Of a DNA stretch of 64,000 nucleotides, positions 9,550 to 18,673 are shown piece by piece; positions within the stretch are counted from its first letter, which is position 1; every line of letters starts with the position of its first letter. Made by a program: the position numbers and the translations under genes. Source of the stretch: a virus. The stretch lies in the IMG/VR virus record IMGVR_UViG_3300044623_001092; one strand, 5' to 3'. The notes below the pieces were generated by a model. That model was not told where the DNA came from and did not search any database. It saw only the letters and a program-made list of their open reading frames with translations.

Positions 9550-11282
9550 AATGGTAAGTCGTCAAAATCATGTTCAGGAAAAAAAGTATAGTTATGTAAC
9601 TCTATTTCAGCTAGTTTATCATCCCATATAATTGTAGAATAATTATCATTGTTGTAAATAATCGCCTCAGAATGTTTACCCAAACCTAACTTATATTCAA
9701 CATCTTTTTCTGGTAATGTGAATAGTTTTTGTTTACATAAATTCTCAACTTTTTCATCCAATATATTTAAAACATCGGACCAAGTTATATCAGGTTGACT
9801 ATTTCGTTTTGCTTTAGTTTGAATCCTTTTAATTCTTAATTCATCTTCAACAACTGATTGTCCAAATTTATTTTTAACTATTGATAATGAGTATTCATTT
9901 GTTAGTCTTTCATCACTATTTAAGTTACCTTTTCTAAGTGACAGGATAAAACAATCAGGTCTATCAATATAAGTTCTAACACAGTTAGTTTGAATTGTTG
10001 ATTCATTATTGTATTCGTCAGTATTTGTCAAAAGTTTTGGATAATAAACTTCACCTTTAACAGATATTGGTTCTTCAATTAGATTAACAAAACTTCTTCC
10101 GTATCGTCTTGTAATAACCCCGTTAGTATAACTTGAAATTAATTTAGACCACTCATCATGTTCATCAATAAACCCATTTAAAGTCTTTGACTTCCATTTA
10201 ACAGGTTGTAATTTTGATAATTTATTTTTAAAACTAACATGGTCAACAATAGTTGTTGAATCAATATTCCCCAAACAAGCCTCAAGATAAATTTTGTACA
10301 TGTTTTTAAGTTCACTTTCAGTAAATTCTGTTTTAACATACCATTCACCAAAATATGTTTGATTTTCGATTATTAGTTTTAATTCATTATCAGGTCTATC
10401 CATAATAAATTTTGTTCCAAACAATTTAACTGCAAAATCATAAGAAGCAATATTAAAATGGTTCACAGTATGTAATACACGTTTTAATTTATCACCCTTC
10501 ATATTTCTAATCAACATAAAAGCGTCCACATACTTGAACCCAACCTTAACATAATCAGGTTTTTTTGGTTGTGGAAATGCTTCAATCAACGTTTTCCAAT
10601 TGTTAGGTAACTTTATCCCACCTGTAACCAATAAGTGTTTGTATAACGAATATTTCACGTCATCATCATCATCGTGTTCTTTAATTTCAGGTATTGAATC
10701 TATAAACTTTTGAATCGGTAGATTAATATCAAACTCAGTCTCTGACATAATTTCCCAAAATGACATGTTTTTAAAAAAATTATTAATTTTTGTTCTAAAA
10801 TTATCAATTGGGTTTTCCCACAATGTCGCTCTTCTTAGGCTTTTTCTACACTTTCTTTTTAAATGGTAATTTATTAATGACCCATGATATAATGAATTTG
10901 TTTTATAATTGTAAGTTATGAAAAATAAACTTGTTGTTTTAATAAAATATGGTTTACCAGGTTTTCTTATTCTATCATAAAGAAACAACTTAATTGAAAC
11001 TTTTGTGTCAGTTCTATCCACGGATATGATTCGTCTTGCGTGTTGGACCCCACACAATGGGTTGGCGTAGTTCTCCTCAAAAGTTTTCTCATCCTTAGAT
11101 GACATTTTACCCTTATCATACTCAAAATGGGGATGTTTCGCAGTACCATTACTCTTAGCGGTATACTCCCAATCCTCACCAAAAAGACTTTCGTTTTTTA
11201 CCGTTGTTGGTTCTAACGAGTTAAAGTTTAAATAGAAGTCCGTATTGTGATTAGTGATGATATATTCGTATATTTTTTCCAT
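9546..11282 (-). CDS. PcfJ-like domain protein
   Basis: C-terminal EYNNESTIQTNCVRTY...ILSLRK...RLTNEY...IQTKAKRN matches the PcfJ E..M.HCV..Y...I.SLR...T.E...Q....N pattern. Confidence 0.7.
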   Translation of the reverse strand: MEKIYEYIITNHNTDFYLNFNSLEPTTVKNESLFGEDWEYTAKSNGTAKHPHFEYDKGKMSSKDEKTFEENYANPLCGVQHARRIISVDRTDTKVSIKLFLYDRIRKPGKPYFIKTTSLFFITYNYKTNSLYHGSLINYHLKRKCRKSLRRATLWENPIDNFRTKINNFFKNMSFWEIMSETEFDINLPIQKFIDSIPEIKEHDDDDDVKYSLYKHLLVTGGIKLPNNWKTLIEAFPQPKKPDYVKVGFKYVDAFMLIRNMKGDKLKRVLHTVNHFNIASYDFAVKLFGTKFIMDRPDNELKLIIENQTYFGEWYVKTEFTESELKNMYKIYLEACLGNIDSTTIVDHVSFKNKLSKLQPVKWKSKTLNGFIDEHDEWSKLISSYTNGVITRRYGRSFVNLIEEPISVKGEVYYPKLLTNTDEYNNESTIQTNCVRTYIDRPDCFILSLRKGNLNSDERLTNEYSLSIVKNKFGQSVVEDELRIKRIQTKAKRNSQPDITWSDVLNILDEKVENLCKQKLFTLPEKDVEYKLGLGKHSEAIIYNNDNYSTIIWDDKLAEIELHNYTFFPEHDFDDLPL

Positions 11283-11295
11283 AGTGTAAAGATAT

Positions 11296-11322
11296 AAAAA
11301 AATGGGGGAATTTCACCCCCGT
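11296..11322 (-). terminator. Intrinsic terminator after the DUF932 gene
   Basis: ggggg-aatttca-ccccc hairpin with A7 on the left (T7 on the minus strand). Confidence 0.7.
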
Positions 11323-11326
11323 TGTA

Positions 11327-12091
11327 TTAAACCATTTCTTCAGCCAACTCCCAAAGTTTAGTATTAATTCTGTTGGTAGTCAAGATGTCGTTCAAAGTTC
11401 TAAGTTTAGTTTTACGACCACCATTAGATTTGTATTGGATTCCACCTCTCACCCATTTCTCTTGTACTACGTTGAATACTTGCCAAAGTGAATCTCCGTT
11501 GTCAGCATCTCTCAATGGGTTCAAGATTTCTTCGTAATCCAAAGTTGCTGGTACAGAACCTGTTTTCCAACGAACCTCAGCAGATTTTCTAACGAAGTCA
11601 ATCTTCTCGTCAATTGTCAACTCTCTCTCCATCATTCGGTTAACTGAACCTTCGATTAATGGTAGTCTTTTTGAGAAGTCCTCAGTCAAACGTTTAACAT
11701 CGTCTAACTCAAATCCTGTGTGTCTTACTCTGAACGCTTCAGATAATGTAGTAGGAACAGTTAATCCGTTAGCACATACCAATCTGTGTAGACCAGCACT
11801 GATGTTTAACGTCGCCATACCATTGTGTGAGTTTTTCACGATTGCTTCAATCAATGTGTCACCAACTTTAGGTAATTCACCATTACGGAATTTGATTTCG
11901 TGTAATCCGTGAACACCTTTACCTGTTTGTTTCACACTTGCAATATCCCACCCTTCTCTTTGGAAGTTTTCTACGATGTCCACTGTTGGAACGAATGTGT
12001 ATCTGTTAGATACTTTTGGGGATGCTGAAGTTGCGAAGATTGAAGGTGCTACTTCTTTTACTTGGTCTAATGTCATAATCGTGTTTCTCAT
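11327..12091 (-). CDS. DUF932 (YafZ/YubP-like) family protein
   Basis: APSIFA...SNRYTFVPT...NSHNG...GLHRLVCANGL...SLWQVFNVVQE motifs; ATG 12091 lies just downstream of a promoter. Confidence 0.85.
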   Translation of the reverse strand: MRNTIMTLDQVKEVAPSIFATSASPKVSNRYTFVPTVDIVENFQREGWDIASVKQTGKGVHGLHEIKFRNGELPKVGDTLIEAIVKNSHNGMATLNISAGLHRLVCANGLTVPTTLSEAFRVRHTGFELDDVKRLTEDFSKRLPLIEGSVNRMMERELTIDEKIDFVRKSAEVRWKTGSVPATLDYEEILNPLRDADNGDSLWQVFNVVQEKWVRGGIQYKSNGGRKTKLRTLNDILTTNRINTKLWELAEEMV

Positions 12092-12112
12092 ATCTTTTTC
12101 GTTTTGGTTTAA

Positions 12113-12142
12113 CAAATATAGACAAAAAAACGAATCCCCCAA
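12113..12142 (-). promoter_or_regulatory. Bacteroidota-type primary-sigma promoter (-33/-7)
   Basis: Minus strand TTG-N19-TATATTTG upstream of DUF932. Confidence 0.75.
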
Positions 12143-12161
12143 CAATGTGGAGGATTTTTTT

Positions 12162-12446
12162 TTAATTCAAATAAATATCACCGTATTTCGTTGATTCAAT
12201 TATCTTAGACAACTTAATGATTTCTCGTTTTCCCTTGCCCTTAATCTCAACAACTATCAATACCATTTGGTCTTTAGTTAAAGAAATATCACCGCCCTTC
12301 TCGTAATTCTCAATACACCTCATTCTAACTTTTTCATAGAATGTCTCTTTCAACGTGTCCCCAATCAATTCGATTAAATCATTTGGGTTGTTTTCAAAAA
12401 AGTTGATGAACTGATTCATATAAATCTCAATGTCAACGTTTTGCAT
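12162..12446 (-). CDS. Hypothetical protein
   Basis: 94-aa ORF in operon. Confidence 0.7.
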   Translation of the reverse strand: MQNVDIEIYMNQFINFFENNPNDLIELIGDTLKETFYEKVRMRCIENYEKGGDISLTKDQMVLIVVEIKGKGKREIIKLSKIIESTKYGDIYLN

Positions 12447-12469
12447 AATTATATTTTTTTTAATTCTAA

Positions 12470-13855
12470 TTACTTAACATAATAAAAACCATTACCTTCT
12501 TCAAGTAACCTATCTTGTAATCTTGGTGGGATTATTAAGTTAGGTACATTTCTAACCGTTAAGAATGCTAATCTAGGTAAGTCCGCAATTTCTTCAGGTA
12601 ATTCTTTTAAACTTTTGTTTTCTGACAATGTCAAGAATTGTAAGTTTTTCATATTACCAATTGATTTAGGTAATGTTTTAACAAGTTTAACTAATAACAA
12701 TGCTTCAACATTAGTGAACTTACCAAGACTTTCAGGTATATCCAATTCAATGTTCTCATTAGATGTGTTACTGATTAACAAGTATTTAATTGTTGTTGGT
12801 AAAGATTCAAACAACTCTTCGAAACCATATAGTGCCACGAATTTACCCGCCGCACTGTTTGGATAATTAATTTCAACTTTTTCTTTATTCGCTGACGTTA
12901 ATCCCGCAGCAAACTCAGATTTGAAGAAGTCTTTCAACTCAGCCATTGGACCATTTAACAGTTTAACCAAATCAACTTGGTGGTCCATTCTATCCATGAA
13001 CGAACTTGTTGGGAAATTGAATTGGAATCTTTCTTGTGGTAACCCTGTTCTTTCACCTACAGAACCTTTGTCATCATTTGCAAGGATAACATATAACGGA
13101 CCTTTACCAGCATAGTAATGGAAGTTATTAGAACTTGGTGTAGATGTACACCAATGAGATTCACCATTTTCATAATCATAGAATCCACCGTACCATTTAG
13201 CAGCCTCAATTTGTGGTTCACCTGTACCTTCAATTTTAATTAAAGTGTAGTTAGGACCTTCAAATAAAATCTCAGCACCTGGATGAGCGTATTTATTTCC
13301 TTTTCTTTCAACTCTTGCCTGAGATTTAACAGTATTCTTATTGATTTTATCTCTAATCTCTTGTGGAAGACTTAAAATAGTACTCAATAATGAATTAGGA
13401 CTTAATTTATTAATATCTCGTTGTTCTTGTGGTAAATATTGTTTTACCTTATCAAATTTACCTAAGATATCCGTGAACTTAAATAAATCCTCAACGAATC
13501 GTCTTTTAAACTCTTTGATAGTTGCTTTATACTCAGGAGAATTTGGGTCAGCATTACCTATCTCTTCCAAATCACTTGTACTTGGTTTAACAAAGTTCTT
13601 TAACAACCAATTCGTGTATTTACCAGGTTGTATTTTATCCATATCAACAATTGAAGCACCATCCTCATCAAAGTTTTCAGGTTTTTTAGTTGTTGGGTCG
13701 GCAAAAATGATTTGTTTTAATGTGTCAAAGTCCATAAACCCTCTCCCTTTAGGGTCTTTAGGATTTGGAGCCACCAATTTATCGTAGAATACTTGGAATC
13801 TTGATTTGTCTTCAGCCTCAAGTAATATTTGTCTTAATACGGAATTAAATTTCAT
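12470..13855 (-). CDS. Protein with HWCTS-motif domain and C-terminal leucine-rich repeats
   Basis: IPESLGKFTNVEALLL / LPKSIGNMKNLQFLTLSEN / LKELPEEIADLPRL LRRs; HWCTS...Y...GPLYVIL core. Confidence 0.75.
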   Translation of the reverse strand: MKFNSVLRQILLEAEDKSRFQVFYDKLVAPNPKDPKGRGFMDFDTLKQIIFADPTTKKPENFDEDGASIVDMDKIQPGKYTNWLLKNFVKPSTSDLEEIGNADPNSPEYKATIKEFKRRFVEDLFKFTDILGKFDKVKQYLPQEQRDINKLSPNSLLSTILSLPQEIRDKINKNTVKSQARVERKGNKYAHPGAEILFEGPNYTLIKIEGTGEPQIEAAKWYGGFYDYENGESHWCTSTPSSNNFHYYAGKGPLYVILANDDKGSVGERTGLPQERFQFNFPTSSFMDRMDHQVDLVKLLNGPMAELKDFFKSEFAAGLTSANKEKVEINYPNSAAGKFVALYGFEELFESLPTTIKYLLISNTSNENIELDIPESLGKFTNVEALLLVKLVKTLPKSIGNMKNLQFLTLSENKSLKELPEEIADLPRLAFLTVRNVPNLIIPPRLQDRLLEEGNGFYYVK

Positions 13856-13900
13856 AATTATATATTTTTATTTAATAAATATTTCAATAATCAAAAATAA

Positions 13901-14752
13901 TCAAATTTTTGGATAATTCATAATTAATAACTCTTCACCCATTGTTTGTGCTTTACCTTTCTTAGCAGCTGCCGCCTTAGCAAACTGTTTCATTTCCCAA
14001 ACATATTGGTCTTTTGGAAACCATTCTGATAACAATGGGAAATCATAATAGGACAATGAAAATTTACCTTTCATACTCTTTAATGAGTCAGCCAATCTTT
14101 CGTGGTCTTCTCTGTCAAAATCATGGTTTGAATAGTAATTCTCAGTTTTCCAATACGGTGGGTCCACATAAAAATATGTCGTAGGTGAGTCATATTTAGT
14201 AATAACATCGGCAAAGTCCATATTCTCAACGTGAGTAATAGCCAAGAAATGTTCAACCCAATCAGGTTTAGATAACTTATCTCTGAACGTTAGATACTTT
14301 GACTTGTATTTACCTTTTAAGTCGATATAAGAACTCTTTTCAGGTTTAGAACCTGAGAATACTTGTGTTAATATATAAACGTATTTGGCCGCAGTTACGT
14401 AGTCGCCAGGGTTTACGCTGAAATCTTCAGCAAATATTTCAGCCTGAAAGCTGATAAATAATTCTTTTAAATGAGGTGGTGTTACTTCAACCCCAAATTG
14501 TTGACATTCGATATCGTTAATCGCTTTTAATAGTTCTTCAGGATTCTGAATACATTTGAATAGATTATAATTCAATGGGTTAAAGTCATTGTATACAATT
14601 TTCTTCAGGTTTGGGTATTGTTTTAAATCCATACTAAAAAATGTCCAAAACATCCCGCCAAAAACCTCAACAAATTCCTCAATATCATTAGGAATGTTAG
14701 GTATTATTAATTTTGGTGCTATTCTACTCTTACCGCCAATATATGATAACAT
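13901..14752 (-). CDS. Dam-family (D12 class) N6-adenine DNA methyltransferase, orphan
   Basis: YIGGKSR, EVFGG motif I, YND, YVDPPY motif IV, EELLIMNY. Confidence 0.9.
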   Translation of the reverse strand: MLSYIGGKSRIAPKLIIPNIPNDIEEFVEVFGGMFWTFFSMDLKQYPNLKKIVYNDFNPLNYNLFKCIQNPEELLKAINDIECQQFGVEVTPPHLKELFISFQAEIFAEDFSVNPGDYVTAAKYVYILTQVFSGSKPEKSSYIDLKGKYKSKYLTFRDKLSKPDWVEHFLAITHVENMDFADVITKYDSPTTYFYVDPPYWKTENYYSNHDFDREDHERLADSLKSMKGKFSLSYYDFPLLSEWFPKDQYVWEMKQFAKAAAAKKGKAQTMGEELLIMNYPKI

Positions 14753-14758
14753 CGTTTT

Positions 14759-15562
14759 TTATTTTAAAATTTTATTTGATTTTGTTAGATTATCTTTTGC
14801 CCACAATGGTTGTAAATTATCTAACGAGTTAATATTACGAATTTTTTCCGACTTATCAAACTTTGAGACGGGTTTTATGTGGTCAATATGCCATTTACCC
14901 CAATTATTCCAAGACATACCGTCAGTAAATTGTTTCTCAATATGTTCTTTTAACTCTAACGCGGAATAACCTAAAACTTCATTTGTTTTACCTTCCTTAC
15001 TTGTTCCCAATCTTTTAATTGTATTAGTTAACACACTTCTCCAAGCAATGATATGGTTATTTTTTTCTTTGTTTTTATGATAATTGTTTCTTTTATTTAG
15101 CAATCCAATTTCAGATTTGTTATATTCTCTCTTTTTTTCAAGATATTTTTCATAATTTTCATTAACCCATTTTCTTGTATATTCTAATACTTTGTCTCTA
15201 TTACTTATTCTATATTCTGTATTTTTAATTTTAAGGAGTCCTTTATTTTTTTCACGATAAGAATCTGATACTTCTTTATATCTATCAGGATTTTTTAACC
15301 TCCATTCAGTATTTCTCAACAATATTGACTCTTTATTTTTCACATAATCTTTTAATTTATATTCTCTAACTTTTTCTTTATTATTCCCCACCCATAACTT
15401 GTGATTTTCATTTTTTTTAATTCGGTTCTCAGGTATTTTATTTATAGTTGAGATACATAATTTACAAATAGTTTTAACACCATCTTTTGAATGTTTGAAT
15501 TTGTGAAACTCACCCAATCCTTTTTCAACCCCACATTTACTACATGTTTTCTTTTCGTTCAT
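14759..15562 (-). CDS. HNH endonuclease with N-terminal Zn finger (free-standing homing endonuclease-like)
   Basis: KTCSKC...CKLC; WHIDHIKP...NLQPLWAKDNLTKSNK. Confidence 0.88.
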   Translation of the reverse strand: MNEKKTCSKCGVEKGLGEFHKFKHSKDGVKTICKLCISTINKIPENRIKKNENHKLWVGNNKEKVREYKLKDYVKNKESILLRNTEWRLKNPDRYKEVSDSYREKNKGLLKIKNTEYRISNRDKVLEYTRKWVNENYEKYLEKKREYNKSEIGLLNKRNNYHKNKEKNNHIIAWRSVLTNTIKRLGTSKEGKTNEVLGYSALELKEHIEKQFTDGMSWNNWGKWHIDHIKPVSKFDKSEKIRNINSLDNLQPLWAKDNLTKSNKILK

Positions 15563-15716
15563 AATGTTCTTTAACTAACTTCTGAATAAACTTAGAGACA
15601 CTCGCCCCCTCGTTCTTCATTTTATCAAAAAGATATCGGTCAATACTAATTCCATACTTAACTTTTTTATCTTTATCTTCTTTTTTAGGTCTCCCCATTT
15701 TAGTTTCCATACTCAT
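15540..15716 (-). CDS. Small DNA-binding protein (GRPKK motif plus ribbon-helix-helix-like)
   Basis: MGRPKK...KVKYGISIDRYLFDKMK..SVSKFIQKLV; start 15716 or 15710, downstream of TATTTATA (15725-15732). Confidence 0.65.
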   Translation of the reverse strand: MSMETKMGRPKKEDKDKKVKYGISIDRYLFDKMKNEGASVSKFIQKLVKEHYERKENM

Positions 15717-15794
15717 CTCTTTATTATAAATATAAGTAAAGTGCGTTAAAAAGTCAATAACCAAAAAAAACTTTTACAAATTTCATCATACCTA

Positions 15795-15824
15795 TTGTAA
15801 ATGTCGAAATTAAATGTAACTTTG
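15795..15824 (+). promoter_or_regulatory. Bacteroidota-type promoter upstream of the 92-nt tandem unit
   Basis: TTG(15795)-N19-TAACTTTG(15817-15824). Confidence 0.75.
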
Positions 15825-15852
15825 TATTGTTGATGTGATTGAGGACACACAA

Positions 15853-16036
15853 CAGGATGTCAGAACTCCTAACTTACAATCTGACCATTAAGTATCAGGT
15901 GAGGTGATACGGGTTGATTACCCCAACTTAATAAGTGAAACAATCAGGATGTCAGAACTCCTAACACATAATCTGACCATCAAGTATCAGGTGTGGTGAT
16001 ACGGGTTAACAACCTCAACTTAATAAGTGAAATAAT
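15853..16036 (+). repeat. Two tandem 92-nt near-identical units (candidate structured ncRNA and/or 16-aa micropeptide ORFs)
   Basis: Copy 1 15853-15944, copy 2 15945-16036; both begin caggatgtcagaactcctaac and end aacttaataagtgaaa(c/t)aat. Confidence 0.9.
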
Positions 16037-16066
16037 CAAGACCCTCCGTTTTTTCGGGGGGTTTTG
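16037..16066 (+). terminator. Intrinsic terminator closing the tandem-unit transcript
   Basis: caagaccctccg-tttttt-cggggggttttg hairpin. Confidence 0.7.
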
Positions 16067-16067
16067 A

Positions 16068-16075
16068 TATTTATA
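16068..16075 (+). promoter_or_regulatory. TATTTATA putative phage late-promoter motif (one of about 12 gene-proximal copies)
   Basis: Sense-strand TATTTAT[AT] also at 4709, 7419, 7481, 13874, 15725, 21700, 25616, 35148, 38775, 46726, 51645. Confidence 0.5.
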
Positions 16076-16080
16076 ACTAT

Positions 16081-16572
16081 ATGAAATTTCAAACAATAGT
16101 TAAAAGTCTTATTCTTGAGGCTCGTGAGTTACTAGACCAATACGAAGTTAATGGTATTGATGTCGATATTTTATACAATACTCATTCGAACATCGGGGTA
16201 AATAACTCAGCATTAGGTAGAGTACCTGTTGATGAGGTTTTAGAAGCTATGGTCGAAATCCTTGAAGTTATTGTTGAAGTATCATTAAACTCATTAGAAA
16301 AAGAATCTAACCACGATAAAGATAAATCAATCCTAATAGTTGATAACCAAGTTGGTGGTGATTACCACATCTGGGTTAATAGGGGTAGGTCAGGAACATT
16401 GTTCTTAACAATTAATACCTCAATTTACCACCCAAAACATTTACCATTACAAAAGAATGATGGTAAAATTATCATAACAAAAATTGGTGACACCATAGTT
16501 AAAGAATCGGTTGACGATACATTTACTTCTAAAGTTATCGGTAATATTATTGTTTATTATAAAAACAATTAA
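16081..16572 (+). CDS. Hypothetical protein with MKF...LILE leader
   Basis: 163-aa ORF; leader resembles that of 12470..13855. Confidence 0.75.
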   Translation: MKFQTIVKSLILEARELLDQYEVNGIDVDILYNTHSNIGVNNSALGRVPVDEVLEAMVEILEVIVEVSLNSLEKESNHDKDKSILIVDNQVGGDYHIWVNRGRSGTLFLTINTSIYHPKHLPLQKNDGKIIITKIGDTIVKESVDDTFTSKVIGNIIVYYKNN

Positions 16573-16574
16573 TT

Positions 16575-16730
16575 ATGAATGGAATTCCAAACACAGAATG
16601 TAAAGATTGTCAAAAAGGTATTTTCGACAAACCTTACAAATTAATACTAGTTGTAGTATTTTTCTCAGCAACATCAATTTATGGTTTAGGGCGAATCATT
16701 TACGATATCGTCCATTACCTAAATCACTAA
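16575..16730 (+). CDS. Small CxxC plus single-TM protein (51 aa)
   Basis: Manual: MNGIPNTECKDCQKGIFDKPYKLILVVVFFSATSIYGLGRIIYDIVHYLNH; starts 2 nt after the previous stop. Confidence 0.65.
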   Translation: MNGIPNTECKDCQKGIFDKPYKLILVVVFFSATSIYGLGRIIYDIVHYLNH

Positions 16731-17635
16731 AATTTAGTGAATCTAACGTGTTGTTTGACAAACAAGTCACCATTGTTAAACCCTTTCCCTTTCACTCTTA
16801 ACGGAACCGATGTGTTAAATTCCTTTGGGAGATTAATTGATATCGGTCCATTAGGATGTGAAATCTCCAATGATTCTAATTGTAACTCATCAAGACCAAA
16901 ATATTTGTTGTAAATTAAATCGTCCCCCAATTTTTCCCAATTATCCACAGGTAATACTGTCATCTTCAACACTAAGTTACCGTAAACCCCATTACTGTAA
17001 TCACCATAACCTTGCATCTTTAAGAATTGTGATTCATCAACACCTTTTGGTAATTTGATATTAATCTTTTCCATCTTAGGTTTAGTCGTCTTACCATTAC
17101 AAGAATGACAGACAGTTTTATATACTTGTCCTGAACCTTTACAGTTATTACACGTTTGTCTAACCACTTGACTAAACATACTACCACCAACTTTAACCGC
17201 AATGAATCCTTGTCCTTCACAAATATGACATCTTGATTTATCACCACCATTACCACTACATGTATCACACATCATTTCTCTTGAATAGGTAATTTCTTTG
17301 TCACTAGCATTAAACGATTCTAACACTGTAACATTAACATGTAATATCTTATCGGGAGCCCCTCGTCTAAATCCTTGGTTAAACATTCCAAACATATCAC
17401 CGAATGGGTCAAATCCTGCACCCATATTACCAAACGGGTTATTTTTTTGATTATCGTATTGTTTTCTTTTTACTTCATCACCTATCGTATCATAAGCCTC
17501 AGAAATCTTTTTAAACGTATCTTCAGACCCACCTTTATCTGGATGATGTTTTACGGCTAACTTTCTATACGCCTTCTTTATATCATCTTGTGATGAGGTT
17601 TCTTTAACCCCTAATATGTCGTAAAAATTCTCCAT
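16727..17635 (-). CDS. dnaJ: DnaJ (Hsp40) chaperone
   Basis: J domain with HPD, G/F-rich linker, four CxxCxGxG-type motifs, C-terminal domain. Confidence 0.93.
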   Translation of the reverse strand: MENFYDILGVKETSSQDDIKKAYRKLAVKHHPDKGGSEDTFKKISEAYDTIGDEVKRKQYDNQKNNPFGNMGAGFDPFGDMFGMFNQGFRRGAPDKILHVNVTVLESFNASDKEITYSREMMCDTCSGNGGDKSRCHICEGQGFIAVKVGGSMFSQVVRQTCNNCKGSGQVYKTVCHSCNGKTTKPKMEKINIKLPKGVDESQFLKMQGYGDYSNGVYGNLVLKMTVLPVDNWEKLGDDLIYNKYFGLDELQLESLEISHPNGPISINLPKEFNTSVPLRVKGKGFNNGDLFVKQHVRFTKF

Positions 17636-17671
17636 TTCCTTTTATCAGTATTTTATTAATTTTATTTATCT

Positions 17672-18310
17672 ATGTATATAATTGTACTGTTTAAAAATAA
17701 GGTAAAAAAGAAAATAATCAAGGAATTCAAAACTATTAAAAAAGCCCAAGATTATTATAAATCATTAATGGATGTTAGTGACACCGTTATATTTAATAAA
17801 CAATTCGACAATGGATATGAATCCAATTATGAATTGGGATTCTTAGAACCTAAGACAGTTAAAACTAGTCCACTGTATGTTAAAGATGATTTTGGCAGAC
17901 AAATCAAAATTGAAATGGAATCGGGGGATAATGTTATATCTAAAATAAACCCATATAATATTGACGAGGTTTTCTTAGATTACACAACCAAGAAAAAGAT
18001 TAACACCACAACATTTATCAAAAAATATTTGGACCCTGTAGGTCTTAAATTAGTATCCAAATTAAACAACAAAATCATCGTACAACACGATGATTCATTT
18101 AAATTATTCACTTTTAAAAATGATAATGATTCTTCAAGATTTATAGACTCAATCTTATCACACTTTATAAAATTAAAAAGAATTGATTGTTTGTTCGTTA
18201 AAGATTATGACAATAGTCAGAGAAAATATCTTTACAGTCTCTTAGTTGAACAGGGGTTTTCTAAGTCTTATCTTTTTCGTCAGTCAACAACTCATCCAAC
18301 AAAAAAATAA
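17672..18310 (+). CDS. Hypothetical basic protein
   Basis: 212-aa ORF divergent from dnaJ. Confidence 0.7.
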   Translation: MYIIVLFKNKVKKKIIKEFKTIKKAQDYYKSLMDVSDTVIFNKQFDNGYESNYELGFLEPKTVKTSPLYVKDDFGRQIKIEMESGDNVISKINPYNIDEVFLDYTTKKKINTTTFIKKYLDPVGLKLVSKLNNKIIVQHDDSFKLFTFKNDNDSSRFIDSILSHFIKLKRIDCLFVKDYDNSQRKYLYSLLVEQGFSKSYLFRQSTTHPTKK

Positions 18311-18512
18311 ACTCAATACCTGATATATCAATTTTAAATTGTTTATGTGATTGGTCAACTTGTCTAAAGTTATTCTGTACTCTCTTAAAATCTTTTAATT
18401 TAAGTTCAAATACCATAGCTTTTCTCCCATCAGGAAATAATTCATCCGACGCTTCAGCAATGATTGCCAATTTCTCTATAATCCCATCAATACTCTTTTG
18501 ATTTTCTGCCAT
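18261..18512 (-). CDS. Hypothetical protein
   Basis: 83-aa ORF in operon. Confidence 0.65.
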   Translation of the reverse strand: MAENQKSIDGIIEKLAIIAEASDELFPDGRKAMVFELKLKDFKRVQNNFRQVDQSHKQFKIDISGIEFIFLLDELLTDEKDKT

Positions 18513-18673
18513 AATGTAAGTTTTTTAGGTATCACGAAAGTTGGTAATACATCGTCTTTTTTCAAACCTTTAAGTGAAGATATAAGTTTTAGTTTCTCTC
18601 TCTCCAATTCAATTTTATCTTTATTCTGTTGTACTTCCAACAACCTCAGCTGGTCTAACTTCTTCTTCATCAT
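18476..18673 (-). CDS. Hypothetical protein
   Basis: 65 aa, C-terminal LTLWQKIKRVL amphipathic helix. Confidence 0.6.
   Translation of the reverse strand: MMKKKLDQLRLLEVQQNKDKIELEREKLKLISSLKGLKKDDVLPTFVIPKKLTLWQKIKRVLMGL

Noticed and set aside
15878-15945. Hammerhead ribozyme (CUGA...GAAA present)
   Set aside because: Core reads CUGACCA rather than CUGANGA, and GAAA does not directly follow stem II
15853-16036. 92-nt repeats as a CRISPR or TIGR array
   Set aside because: Only two near-identical units with no unique spacers, and no cas or Nop-domain gene nearby
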